In this document: positions 9,649 through 20,210 of the stretch, in pieces | How positions within the stretch are numbered: the stretch's first letter is position 1 | How the letters are laid out: the number at the start of each line of letters is the position of its first letter | Source: Methanobacteriota archaeon | GTDB taxonomy: Archaea; Halobacteriota; Methanosarcinia; Methanosarcinales; Methanoperedenaceae | Assembly: GCA_963793805.1 (NCBI GenBank) | Contig: CAWCBK010000017.1 | Location: 9,279-73,278, forward strand | Direction: 5' to 3' | Length of the DNA: 64,000 bases | Notes under the pieces: generated by a model | The model's input: only the letters and a program-made list of their open reading frames with translations | The model's database searches: none | What the model was told of the DNA's origin: nothing | Translations under genes and position numbers: made by a program

Positions 9649-11007
9649 ATGAACTCTAATTTCATCACCAGGGTAAAACTCGCAAAAGCCGCCTCTATCC
9701 CTATTGCCAGCGTGCCGGGAGAAACGAAGAACAAAGCCCTTGCATCAATGGCGCAGGCTTTGGACTCTAACAGGGAAATTATCATCAATGCTAACAAAAA
9801 AGACCTTGCAGCAGCTGAAAAACTTGTAGATGTCGGAAAACTCTCAAAATCTCTTCTCAAAAGGCTGAAAGTGGATGACATAAAAATAGACGAGATGATC
9901 GCAGGTATCAAAGACGTCATTAGATTTGAAGACCCGGTAGGAAAGACGCTCTCAGCGCTAGAACTTGACAGCGGACTTGAATTGTATCAGGTGAGCTGCC
10001 CGATCGGCGTGATAGGCGTCATATTTGAGTCCCGTCCTGATGTTGTTCCCCAGATCATGGCACTTTGCCTGAAGAGCGGGAATGCCACCATATTCAAAGG
10101 CGGCAGCGAAGCCGCTTACTCCAACAGAACTATCTTTGACGTTCTCGTGAATGCCATTGAGAGTACATGGGGTATGCCGCATGGCGCTTTTGCGCTGATG
10201 GAAACAAGGGAAGAGGTTATGGAGATGCTCAAACTTGATGAATATATAAATCTCATAATTCCCAGGGGATCAAATGAGTTCGTGAAATATATCCAGGACA
10301 GTACGCGTATTCCTGTCCTGGGCCACTCTTCTGGAATTTGCCATGTTTATGTGGACAGACTTGCAGACATTCAAAAAGCCAATGATGTATGCTACGATGC
10401 AAAGGTGCAGTATCCGGCTGTATGCAACGCAATGGAAACCCTGCTTGTTCACAGGGATATCGCAGGAAAGTTCCTTCCTGAGATAGGAAAGAGATATGAT
10501 GGGGCAGGAGTTGAAATGAGATGCGATGACCCGGCGTTTCATCTGCTGAAAGACAGGGGATTCCTGAAAGCCATACTTCATGCAACAGAAGAGGACTGGA
10601 GCACAGAGTATAATGACCTGATCTTATCCATAAAGATAGTGGACTCACTTGATGAGGCTATTGACCATATAAACAAATACGGCTCACATCATACGGATGC
10701 GATCGTGACAGAAGATAAAGCGAATGCCTCAAGGTTCATCAGCCTTGTGGACTCTTCAAGCGTGATGTGGAATGCTTCGACCAGGTTTGCAGACGGATTC
10801 CGTTACGGAAAAGGCGCGGAGGTGGGTATAAGCACCAACAAGATACACGCCCGCGGACCCGTTGGGATGGAAGGTCTTTTGATATACAAATATGTGCTCA
10901 TCGGGAAAGGGGATAAAGTGGCTGATTATATTGGAAAGAGCGCAAGGAAGTATACTCATAAAAAGTTAAGTTTAAGCCTTGATGATAAAATGGATGGCAT
11001 CAGATGA
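9649..11007 (+). CDS. proA: Gamma-glutamyl phosphate reductase
   Basis: PIGVIGVIFESRP, YPAVCNAMETLL, GAEVGISTNKIHARGPVG. Confidence 0.95.
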   Translation: MNSNFITRVKLAKAASIPIASVPGETKNKALASMAQALDSNREIIINANKKDLAAAEKLVDVGKLSKSLLKRLKVDDIKIDEMIAGIKDVIRFEDPVGKTLSALELDSGLELYQVSCPIGVIGVIFESRPDVVPQIMALCLKSGNATIFKGGSEAAYSNRTIFDVLVNAIESTWGMPHGAFALMETREEVMEMLKLDEYINLIIPRGSNEFVKYIQDSTRIPVLGHSSGICHVYVDRLADIQKANDVCYDAKVQYPAVCNAMETLLVHRDIAGKFLPEIGKRYDGAGVEMRCDDPAFHLLKDRGFLKAILHATEEDWSTEYNDLILSIKIVDSLDEAIDHINKYGSHHTDAIVTEDKANASRFISLVDSSSVMWNASTRFADGFRYGKGAEVGISTNKIHARGPVGMEGLLIYKYVLIGKGDKVADYIGKSARKYTHKKLSLSLDDKMDGIR

Positions 11008-12134
11008 ACGCCATGGACAGGAGAGAACTTTTCAGGGACATTAAGACCATCGTTGTGAAGGTCGGCACATCGTCATTGACCAATGAAGACGGTAGTTTTA
11101 ACAGGAGGCTTACAGAAGACACAGCCCGGCAGGTTGCAGAACTCAGGAAGACCGGGAAAACCGTTATCATAGTAAGTTCAGGCGCCATAGGGATAGGCGT
11201 GGAAGAATTAAAAATGCCCTCGCGCCCGCGGGAGATACCGCTGCGCCAGGCCGCTGCTGCTGTGGGACAGAACATCCTTATGCAGGAATGGATGGCAGCG
11301 TTCAAGAAATACGACATCAAGGTGGCACAGATCCTGCTCACTTACGAAGCTTTCTCTAACAGGATGACGTATTTGAATCTGCGAAACAGCATTTCTGCTC
11401 TTCTTGAAAGCGGTGTGGTACCCATAATCAACGAGAACGACCCGATATGCGTTCATGAGATAGAGGCGACCTTCGGGGATAACGATAAGCTCTCTGCAAT
11501 GGTGGCAAGCAAGGTCGAGGCTGAACTCCTCATACTTTTATCTGATATTGACGGTCTGTACAATAAGAACCCCAAGAAAAATGAAGATGCTATTCTTATA
11601 AACACGATAGAGAAGATAACGCCCGAGATAGAAAGCTACGGAGGAAGCCCCACCAGCATGAAAGGCGTGGGCGGGATGAGGACAAAGATAGAGGCAGCAA
11701 AGATAACTTCCATTGCAGGTTGCCACATGGTGATAGCCAACAGCGCGGTAGAGGACGTGATACTTAAAGTGACGGCGGGAGATAATATCGGGACGCTGTT
11801 CCCTGCGCAGAACGGGAAGTACAGGAACAGGACGCGCTGGATAATCCTGTCAAAAACCTCCGGAAAGATCATCGTGGATAAAGGGGCAGAAAATGCGGTG
11901 AAGAAAAAGATGGGGCTTTTGCCATCCGGCATACTTGAGGTATCGGGTATGTTCGACAGGGGGGATATCGTGGATATCGAGAGCGATGGAAAGGTATTTG
12001 CAAAAGGCATTACGGATTATACATCTTCGGAACTGAATAAGATAAAAGGGAAGCATTCTGATATGATCGAAAAGACACTCGGATACAAGAATTATGACGA
12101 GGTCGTGAGGAAGACGAATATCGGACTGCTGTAA
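11004..12134 (+). CDS. proB: Glutamate 5-kinase with PUA domain
   Basis: VVKVGTSSL, VPIINEND, FGDNDKLSA, GGMRTKI. Confidence 0.95.
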   Translation: MNAMDRRELFRDIKTIVVKVGTSSLTNEDGSFNRRLTEDTARQVAELRKTGKTVIIVSSGAIGIGVEELKMPSRPREIPLRQAAAAVGQNILMQEWMAAFKKYDIKVAQILLTYEAFSNRMTYLNLRNSISALLESGVVPIINENDPICVHEIEATFGDNDKLSAMVASKVEAELLILLSDIDGLYNKNPKKNEDAILINTIEKITPEIESYGGSPTSMKGVGGMRTKIEAAKITSIAGCHMVIANSAVEDVILKVTAGDNIGTLFPAQNGKYRNRTRWIILSKTSGKIIVDKGAENAVKKKMGLLPSGILEVSGMFDRGDIVDIESDGKVFAKGITDYTSSELNKIKGKHSDMIEKTLGYKNYDEVVRKTNIGLL

Positions 12135-12151
12135 CTGAGGTCTTTTCTTCC

Positions 12152-12607
12152 ATGTTTGAATCACTTCAGAGTTTTTTATTGAATTATGGTTACGTCGGTC
12201 TTTTTATTTCAAGTTTCTTAGCCTCCACTATACTTCCTTTCGGGAGCGAAGGTATTGTGGTTCTTCTTGTCTCCCGGGGATTTAATGCCATGGTTGTGGT
12301 AATGGTCGCCTCGATCGGCAATTTTTTTGGCGCTTGCACCAGTTATTATTTAGGATTCATGGGGCGGGGATATATGGAAAAATATCTCAGGTTCGACCAG
12401 CACGACCTTGAAACGGCTGAAAAATACTTCTCAAAATACGGCTCGTATGTGCTGCTGTTCACATGGGTTCCGTTGATCGGAGACGCCATCACGGTCACAG
12501 GCGGGCTTCTGAGGCTTAAGTTCACGACCTTCGCTATACTTGTATTTGTTGGGAAGTTTTTGCGGTATTTTGCTGTGGCTTACCTTGCAGGGATTGTTTT
12601 ATTATAG
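12152..12607 (+). CDS. YqaA / DedA (SNARE-associated) membrane protein
   Basis: FLASTILPFGSE, LLFTWVPLIGD, GKFLRY. Confidence 0.85.
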   Translation: MFESLQSFLLNYGYVGLFISSFLASTILPFGSEGIVVLLVSRGFNAMVVVMVASIGNFFGACTSYYLGFMGRGYMEKYLRFDQHDLETAEKYFSKYGSYVLLFTWVPLIGDAITVTGGLLRLKFTTFAILVFVGKFLRYFAVAYLAGIVLL

Positions 12608-12731
12608 GACTTGTGCATAAAAACTAAATCGACATTAAATCTGGGCGCATTGCGCTTTAGTTTAAAATCCACCATTGGCAATGACCGTTATAAAACAAAT
12701 CCACCATAGTATGATAATATAAACTAAGGTT

Positions 12732-13580
12732 TCACTTCTTAACCAGATGGAAAAGCCCCATATTCTTAAGAGCTTCTGCCATGTCAGTTTCAGTTGGTTT
12801 CATTATCTCCATAAACTCAGACATGGATTTATCAGGGTCTTCAGACTCATCCTTTATTAGGTAGGTCATCCCCTGCTTTTTCATATTTTCTCCGATGTCT
12901 TTACTTCCCGTAACGAGGTTCATTAATTTATCAGCCTCAGGAGCATCTTCACTACGAGCCCCCTCGAATTTACGGAAAAGCCTTTCATTTTCCATTTGTT
13001 CCCTTATTTCAGCCTCATCAATGACGACTTTTGACAGTCGGAGATATCTGATAAAATCATCAATATCGGTTTTAGTAGGGTGAGGGAAGTTGTTGAGGAA
13101 CAATTTTATTTCAACCTTCACCTTTTTTTTGGCGATTGAATCTTTGACGTGCAAATTGATCTTATCAGTGATCTTATGTTCAATCGTTTTGGCTTCTCCT
13201 CCGTATTTCTTTGTAAGGTATTTTGAGTAATCCTGAATATCAGTTTCAGTTTGGAGAGTGTTTTTCTCAAGATAAGTTTCAATTTCCTTTTCAATCCCTT
13301 CATCTAATTTTGTTTCAGGCACGACCTTAGTGTCAACCTGTATTTTTTTCTCCCCCAACTCCAATAGTTTGTCTCTTGTCTTTTTTGCTATGCCAGGTCC
13401 TACACGCGGAACAAGTGATTTTTCAAGATTTTCCAAAAAAGGCATAAGCTTGCTATTATCCAGTGTTTCCAAATCTGAGTTTATATTCTTGCAGGCTTCC
13501 ATAACTAATGACTTTGCGTTTGCATTGCCTATATTTGGTGCCAATAAAAGAATGGCTTTATCCGCAAGATCGCTTGGCAT
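12732..13580 (-). CDS. Hypothetical, charged helical protein
   Basis: Long ORF with typical composition; no motif recognised. Confidence 0.7.
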   Translation of the reverse strand: MPSDLADKAILLLAPNIGNANAKSLVMEACKNINSDLETLDNSKLMPFLENLEKSLVPRVGPGIAKKTRDKLLELGEKKIQVDTKVVPETKLDEGIEKEIETYLEKNTLQTETDIQDYSKYLTKKYGGEAKTIEHKITDKINLHVKDSIAKKKVKVEIKLFLNNFPHPTKTDIDDFIRYLRLSKVVIDEAEIREQMENERLFRKFEGARSEDAPEADKLMNLVTGSKDIGENMKKQGMTYLIKDESEDPDKSMSEFMEIMKPTETDMAEALKNMGLFHLVKK

Positions 13581-13652
13581 ATTAATTCCCTTCAATAAAT
13601 TAACTAATCTTATACTATATAAGTATAATCATGATTATAGGAATGATGTGCA

Positions 13653-14996
13653 TCATGTTGATTTATCAAGCCCTTGCATTGCGATCTTATTAAGCTCCCT
13701 TGCCCTTTTATCCGTCTTCCCCTCAGAGAATACCCTTACCTTTGGCTCTGTGCCGCTGGCTCTTACAAGGAACCACCCATCCTCATAATCCACGCGAACG
13801 CCGTCCATATCCGTTAAACGTTCATAATCATGCGGTATTTCCTTTTTCAGCCTGTCCAGTACAGCCTGTGGTTTTTTTCCCTCGGGCAGGACTTTTGCAT
13901 CCTTTATCTGGTAATATCTCGGATACGAAGCCACAAGTTCCGAAAGGCTCAGCCCTTCATTCGAGAGTATCCCTGCCATAACCCCTGCGAGCATTGGACC
14001 TTCGCGGCTCCATTCAAGCAGCACGGAACCGTGCTCCTCAAGCCCTACCTGCGCGCCGCACATGAGTTTTGCCTGTGCAAGATAGGGTTCGCCAACTGGC
14101 GTATATATTACCTGCGCACCCAGGCGCTCTGAAACGTCTTTTATAAGGTTAGAGAATGCAATGGTTACGGCAATTAACTTTTTCTTATCGTGGCATTGCC
14201 GCAGCACATGGTCGGCGATTATCGCTGCGCTGACATCCCCCTGTACGAATTTCCCGTTCTCATCGATGAACGCGGTCCTGTCGCCGTCGCCATCATGCGC
14301 TACGCCCATGTCAGCTTTTTCTGAGATAACAAGCTTCCTGAGCTTTTCCAGGTTAGCATCCGTTGGTTCAGGATTCCTCTCCCTGAACATGCCGTCGTAT
14401 TTGCAGTTGAACCGCACCACTTTATACTCAAGCCTTTCAAGGATTTCCGGGGTAACCGTGGAAGCAGAGCCGCCTCCGCCGTCCACTACGATTTTCATAG
14501 GTTTCACGGGAAAGAGCTTATGTACATACTGGATAATGTGAGCCCTGTAACGGTCGCTCGCTTTGCTGTCTGTGAACCTTTTTCCTTTTTTTGTTCCTTC
14601 CTTTATGTCGCCAAAATAAATATTCTCTATCGAAAGATCTTCTTCAGGAGAGAATCCCCTCCCGCTTTTGCTCAAACACTTTATGCCGTTGTATTCAGGA
14701 GGGTTATGCGATGCTGTTATCATTACTCCCGCGTCTGCCTGCCGGGCAATTTCCAGCGAAAGCGTGTTCGGGGTTATTATGCCAAGAGTCAGCGCATTGC
14801 ATCCGTGTTCAGTGATGCCCTCGATGAGTGACCCCTCAAGCATATCAGAGGAGATGCGCGGGTCTTTTCCAATGGCAATGGTCTTTCCTTCACCCAGGTA
14901 CAACGCCAGAGAAGCGCCCACCCGTTTTACCTTATCAGCGTCAAACCCTTCATTAACTATGCCGCGAAAGCCGAATGTGCCGAAGAGTTTTTTCAT
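13653..14996 (-). CDS. glmM: Phosphoglucosamine mutase / phosphohexomutase
   Basis: LFGTFGFRG, TASHNP, DGDGDR, RASGTEPKVR. Confidence 0.85.
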   Translation of the reverse strand: MKKLFGTFGFRGIVNEGFDADKVKRVGASLALYLGEGKTIAIGKDPRISSDMLEGSLIEGITEHGCNALTLGIITPNTLSLEIARQADAGVMITASHNPPEYNGIKCLSKSGRGFSPEEDLSIENIYFGDIKEGTKKGKRFTDSKASDRYRAHIIQYVHKLFPVKPMKIVVDGGGGSASTVTPEILERLEYKVVRFNCKYDGMFRERNPEPTDANLEKLRKLVISEKADMGVAHDGDGDRTAFIDENGKFVQGDVSAAIIADHVLRQCHDKKKLIAVTIAFSNLIKDVSERLGAQVIYTPVGEPYLAQAKLMCGAQVGLEEHGSVLLEWSREGPMLAGVMAGILSNEGLSLSELVASYPRYYQIKDAKVLPEGKKPQAVLDRLKKEIPHDYERLTDMDGVRVDYEDGWFLVRASGTEPKVRVFSEGKTDKRARELNKIAMQGLDKST

Positions 14997-15181
14997 TATA
15001 CGCATCTTTTTATAATCATCAAATTTTTTTGTGAATTTTTCGCAGGGCATGTTGACAGAATATGCTTTGGTCGTATTAAAATTAACTAAATATTGCAGAA
15101 AAAGACGGGAGCGATATACAGGGAACAAAATAGCACCAGAAAATAGGCAATATAGTAATGCTCGACAGAATTAAAAAAGGT

Positions 15182-15204
15182 TGAGCGATTATTATAATCG
15201 CTCA
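15182..15204 (-). terminator. Hairpin downstream of the cytochrome c peroxidase-family gene
   Basis: tgagcgatta-tta-taatcgctca, followed by a T-run on the minus strand. Confidence 0.5.
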
Positions 15205-15224
15205 TTCTAGATATGTGGCTGTTT

Positions 15225-16420
15225 CTATGGTATTGTGGCAGTATGGGAATCGGATAACGTCTTCAGGAATGCGACGATATCTGCCTCCTCATCCGGCGTC
15301 AGTCCGAGATTGCCAATCTCTTTCAGATTCATGTTAATAGCTATTTCAGGTAGCGGCCAGCAGTCAACGCCTGGATTATTCTTTATACCGCCGCAAACAG
15401 GCAGAACGTCCCTCGTATTATAGAAGTGAACTATCGACTGCAAACTCTTGAAATAACCATTGTGCCCGTATGCTTTAGTAACACAATTGGGATTTGCAGG
15501 TTCTGCTTCGCAAGATCCCTTTGCCACATTTCTCAGGGTAGGTACCTTTTCCTTGCCATATTCAGTTCTTGCAACATTGTAGTACTTTGTTTGTGTTGAC
15601 AGGAATCCTCCCAATCCTTCATCGATCCATGCAGCTCCGGCAGGATTAAAGATTAACTCCTCATAGAAAGGATTTTCGGGATTCCTGGGTATTCCAAGAT
15701 TATCGAAAGTGTAATCAGTGAACAAAGGTTGTTTACCCAAACTGGGTGGCACCTGTCACATTTACCTTTTCCTTTAAAGAGGGCAAGTCCTTTTCGTTCT
15801 TGCCTGGAAAGAGTTCCCTGATCAAACCTGGAAGTAAATGAACTGACATCAAAAGACCTTTCGTATGCAGCAATAGCTCTACCGATACAATCATATTTAT
15901 CTGAGACTGAGGGATAAAGACTGTCTGAACAAACTGTGTTGAATAGAGCGTTGTAACTTGATGCCTGTACCCTGGAAACTACGTCAGCCGGGCCGGCAAG
16001 ATTTTGCTCCAGTGGGTTCAGGAAAGGTCCAAGTGCCTGTTCAGCAAGAGGATCCATCAATCTCCAGCCGGTGGCTCTGCCATCCCAGAACATACCGCCT
16101 GTCCATGATCCTCGTGCAAAAGCCAATACAGGACTGGCACCCGCATATGCTGCAGCAGGCGGTTTGCGGTTCCCGAATCTCCCGGGAGTTGCGCCTTCGT
16201 ATACTGCTCCATGTTTATTGATAGTGTCATTATCCCCTGTAAATCCTACACCAGGAGCATGGCATGCTGCACAATCCTGTCCTCTGGGTTCAGATAAATT
16301 CTCGTCAAAGAACAAATTTTTCCCCAGTTGCTCCTGATTGGTCAACTGTGCTGTTGTTGTTCCTGCAGAAGCGGCTAACAACACCAAAACCGCAACGCAA
16401 AGCCATATTATTTTCGACAT
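15225..16420 (-). CDS. Secreted di-heme cytochrome c peroxidase / MauG-family protein, with one frameshift
   Basis: Signal peptide, LGKNLFFD..LS, CAACH, MFWDGRA, CDRCH. A C is missing in the CCC run near 15744-15746; the frame then continues FTDYTFDNLGIP...KVPTLRNVA...YGHNGYF. Confidence 0.85.
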
Positions 16421-16750
16421 TTGTTTACCTCTTTATTTTGTTTATTTCAGGCTTTGGCGTTTTTGAAATAACCTGAAGCCATTACAGGTGTCATATATGT
16501 GGCTATTTTCATTTTCGCCCCACAATTATAACTGCCATTTCTAAATTTTCCCCGGTGGTAACAGAATACCCATGAAAGAGATAGCTCCCGATGTATATAA
16601 TTCTTTTGAAAGGGCAGATGCTATGTGGTTTATGCATCTGCGGGAGGAGGCGCTTATTGCAGGGGTGCAATATTTTCCCCACCCATAACAAAAATATTTA
16701 AAGATAAACAACACTATATATTTTAAAATTGGTACAAATAGGCGATCCCC

Positions 16751-17461
16751 TTGCTCTCCGTCGAAACACACTCTCTCACTAAACGATTCGGCAATCTGAC
16801 AGCAGTAGAAAATCTGAACCTGAACATCAACCCGGGCGAACTCTTCGGCTTCATCGGTCCAAACGGCGCAGGCAAGACAACCACACTGCAGATGCTAAGC
16901 GGTCAGATACCCCCCACATCCGGCACCGCGAAAGTATTGGACATAGATGTCGCCTCCGACCCCATCTCGGTAAAATCCGCCATCGGCATAGTTCCCGAAC
17001 TTGAATACCCGCCATCCTTCCTTACAGTTGAAGAATATCTGCATTTTGTGGCATCGGTCAGGGGACTGCCTGAGAACGGGAACGTGGATACGTGGATAGA
17101 GTTCTTCGGATTAGAAGAAAAACGCGAGACAATGTGCATGAGCCTCTCCAAAGGCCAGAAGAAAAAAGTCACACTCTCGGCAGCGCTGCTTCATGAACCC
17201 AGGCTGCTCTTCATGGACGAGCCTTTCCTTGACCTTGACCCGCTCATCCAGAGGAAACTCAAAGCATGGCTGCTTGACTTCGTAAGCAGGGGAGGGACTG
17301 TGTTCCTCAGCACCCACATCCTTGAGCTTGCCGAAAAGCTCTGCACAAGGGTTGGCATAATTGATAAGGGAAAACTCGTGGCTGTAGGCAGCCTGGAAGA
17401 ACTCCGCAGTGGCGCGGGTGAAGACCTTGAGCACATATTCGTGCGGCTTGTTTCGGCTTAG
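16751..17461 (+). CDS. ABC transporter ATP-binding protein
   Basis: GPNGAGKTT, LSKGQKKKV, LFMDEP. Confidence 0.92.
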   Translation: MLSVETHSLTKRFGNLTAVENLNLNINPGELFGFIGPNGAGKTTTLQMLSGQIPPTSGTAKVLDIDVASDPISVKSAIGIVPELEYPPSFLTVEEYLHFVASVRGLPENGNVDTWIEFFGLEEKRETMCMSLSKGQKKKVTLSAALLHEPRLLFMDEPFLDLDPLIQRKLKAWLLDFVSRGGTVFLSTHILELAEKLCTRVGIIDKGKLVAVGSLEELRSGAGEDLEHIFVRLVSA

Positions 17462-17469
17462 GAGAACCC

Positions 17470-18915
17470 ATGCTCGATTTAAAGATACTGAAACTGATGT
17501 TCAGGGAGGAGTTCAGGCTCCAGGCATCTTTCTTCAACCGTTCCTATTTTCTCTTCTCATCCCTGACCATCGTCATTTTCACATTCATAATGGGAGCGAC
17601 CCTTCCCATGCTGCGCCGCGCCGTTGCGATAGACGATATGCTTCTCGTGGCGCACTGGGTGCTGCTGTTCTACGGGCTTAGCGTTGGCGGTTTTGCCATG
17701 TTCGGTGACCGCATACTTGAGCGGCGCTTTGGAAGCGTCAGCCTCCTCCTTGGCAGCGGCTATACCCTGCCAATACGTTTCAGGCGGCTGTTTTTACTGT
17801 TCTACATCAAGGATACCATTTACTATATCTTCTTCACGATCCTGCCGATGATACTGGGACTCGCGCTGGCGTCAGTGTTCGTGCCGATCTTTTTTTCGTC
17901 CCTCTTTTATCTCTTCGTGTCCCTGACCCTGTCTTTCCTCATCGGAATAAGCATAAGTGTCTTTCTCTTCGCGGCAATTGCACGCCTGGGCGCTGCCGTA
18001 CTTGCCATAGCTGCTGCCGTGGGATCATATATATGGTTTACAGGGATCGATATTAAAATGGTTGCAGCTCAACTCCCGGCGATTGTGTTTTACCATTCCC
18101 ATTCTTTTTACCTCGTGCTTGAAGTATTGATAATATCACTGCTGCTCGGAGCCGTTTCATCCTTTTTCATAAAAGAGGCGCCCGCTCCCCATGAGCGAAA
18201 AGCAAAAGAAGCTTTCATGAGAACACTTCGATTGACTTCCAGGATCGTATCGAAATACGGTCCAATGCTGTCCAAGGATATCCTGGACCTTGTCCGCAGC
18301 GGCATTATATTCCCGGTCATACTGACGTTCCTGACGCCTCTTCTGTTCTTATATGCAGTGACATGGTTCATCGAATCAGTAATCCTCTGGAACTTTAGTT
18401 TTTCCCTGCTATTTTATGCAGCAATGGTAGGCTTCTTCTGTACCCTGCTCTATAGCTGGCTCTCAAACATTGATATTTCAGAATGCTATAATTCCCTGCC
18501 CATTTCCATGCCACATGTGATCAGGACAAAACTGATCCTTTTCCTGTTCTTTATATGTGTCGTTGCAGTGCCTTATCTTGCTGCGATCGGATACCTGAAA
18601 GGGGAGACTGACCTGCTGTGGATAGGACTTTTCATAATGTTCACAGTATCAGCTTATGTGGGTTCTGTACTTGCTTATCTCACAGGATTGTTCACGAACA
18701 GCTATCTGCTTGACGCGAAGATACTGATGCTGTTCTCGATGGCTGTGGTTCCTGTACTGCTGGCTGAAACGCTTCTGTCATTCTATTATCCGGTAAACAG
18801 TAATACTTCGGCGATTTACATCGCAGGTCTTGGTCTTGCCATTATCGCAGTTTCGATGATGTTCCTGAACAGGCTCGACAGCCGCTGGAAAGGCAGGATG
18901 TTCAGGATAGCATGA
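17470..18915 (+). CDS. ABC transporter permease (about 12 TM)
   Basis: Highly hydrophobic; directly follows the ATPase gene. Confidence 0.75.
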   Translation: MLDLKILKLMFREEFRLQASFFNRSYFLFSSLTIVIFTFIMGATLPMLRRAVAIDDMLLVAHWVLLFYGLSVGGFAMFGDRILERRFGSVSLLLGSGYTLPIRFRRLFLLFYIKDTIYYIFFTILPMILGLALASVFVPIFFSSLFYLFVSLTLSFLIGISISVFLFAAIARLGAAVLAIAAAVGSYIWFTGIDIKMVAAQLPAIVFYHSHSFYLVLEVLIISLLLGAVSSFFIKEAPAPHERKAKEAFMRTLRLTSRIVSKYGPMLSKDILDLVRSGIIFPVILTFLTPLLFLYAVTWFIESVILWNFSFSLLFYAAMVGFFCTLLYSWLSNIDISECYNSLPISMPHVIRTKLILFLFFICVVAVPYLAAIGYLKGETDLLWIGLFIMFTVSAYVGSVLAYLTGLFTNSYLLDAKILMLFSMAVVPVLLAETLLSFYYPVNSNTSAIYIAGLGLAIIAVSMMFLNRLDSRWKGRMFRIA

Positions 18916-19178
18916 GTTGTTGATCAAATTTCTTTTATACTTATTGGTTATGAGGTAAATCTTCTGCATTCGAAATGCATATATATGGAAATAGACATAG
19001 TTCTCAAAAAGTAATTGATTTTAATAAGGAGTGAGCAACTGAGCGATGAAACTCCTATTGTCGAGTAGACTATATTGATTTCATGGGAGTGAAATAATTG
19101 GATTTCTATGAATCCATTATTCCTGGAAACAGTTTTTTTCTTTAAATTGAAATAGCCATTTTAAAAGGAGGTATAAAA

Positions 19179-19538
19179 GTGACAAAAACAGTAGAAGAAA
19201 TTAAGAAAGAGATGGAAGTGGACATAAACGAGCTTGTGGCAAGTTTTATGAAATACAAGGAAGGAGGCTTCGAGTTTAAAGAGATTGCGAAATTTACTTT
19301 TGAAGCCGGAAGTAAACTTGTTGAAGCAGTGGAAAATGTTGAGGGCATTTCAGGACCTCAGAAAAAAGAAGTAGTTAAATCGACAGTTAAAGAGATTTAC
19401 AAGAAAGTAAATCCTGATATACCCCTGATCCCAGAACCTTTTGAAACATGGGTGGAAGATGTAATGCTCGATAAATCATTGGATGCTTTCATAGATTTTA
19501 TTGTGAGCAAGTATAAAGATAAAGGAATATTTGATTAG
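19179..19538 (+). CDS. Hypothetical protein (amphipathic helical, GxxKK motif)
   Basis: Strong RBS AGGAGGT; 119-aa ORF; first gene of a 3-gene AT-rich cluster. Confidence 0.75.
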   Translation: MTKTVEEIKKEMEVDINELVASFMKYKEGGFEFKEIAKFTFEAGSKLVEAVENVEGISGPQKKEVVKSTVKEIYKKVNPDIPLIPEPFETWVEDVMLDKSLDAFIDFIVSKYKDKGIFD

Positions 19539-19604
19539 AATATTTTTTTTAGAAAAATAAAATTTTAAAGACATTGCAGGAACCAGAAATGGAAGGTCAT
19601 AGCT

Positions 19605-20207
19605 TTGCTCAGTGAGATGAGATGTATGGATGGAAACAGGCAGAAATTAGAAAATATAAATGTTTCTTATGAAGATTATTACATAAACCTGAAAAAAGAA
19701 ATTAAATCTGCAATAGAAGAAGGTGTTAAAGAAGGGATTAAAGAAGGAGTGAAAAAAGGAATTTTAAACGGGCTGAACGAATGTATTGATCTGGGTTTGT
19801 TAAACATCAGGAAAACGAAAGTAAAAGAAATTGATGAAATTTTAAAAGAAATAGTTTCAGAAACTATTCAAAAGGAGACAAAGAAAGCCGTAGCAGAAGA
19901 AGTATGTCCGATAGTAAAAGTTCAAATGAAAAATTATTGCGATAAAATCTTAGATAAGATCAATGAGGATAAAATAATATCAGATGTTGTTGATGTGACA
20001 GGTAAATTTGATATAGAAAAACTGACTGAAAAAAAAATGGAAAAAATTCTGCAATATATCAGGCAAAACCTTCCAAATAATTTTATGTTCATTGCTATTT
20101 TCGATGGATTTCAGAAAGGTATGTCCGAATGTTTAGCGGAAAATATAAAGAGATGCATTAAAAGGATACAGAATACATCTGATATTAAGACCGGTGGTGG
20201 GGAATGA
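19605..20207 (+). CDS. Hypothetical helical protein with EGVKEGIKEGVKKGI repeats
   Basis: 200-aa ORF ending 3 nt before the next gene; start uncertain. Confidence 0.65.
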   Translation: MLSEMRCMDGNRQKLENINVSYEDYYINLKKEIKSAIEEGVKEGIKEGVKKGILNGLNECIDLGLLNIRKTKVKEIDEILKEIVSETIQKETKKAVAEEVCPIVKVQMKNYCDKILDKINEDKIISDVVDVTGKFDIEKLTEKKMEKILQYIRQNLPNNFMFIAIFDGFQKGMSECLAENIKRCIKRIQNTSDIKTGGGE

Positions 20208-20210
20208 AAT

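Noticed and set aside
16440-16750. Possible small ORF or structured RNA between the peroxidase and ABC genes
   Set aside because: Several short competing ORFs with no RBS or motif support; no convincing structure
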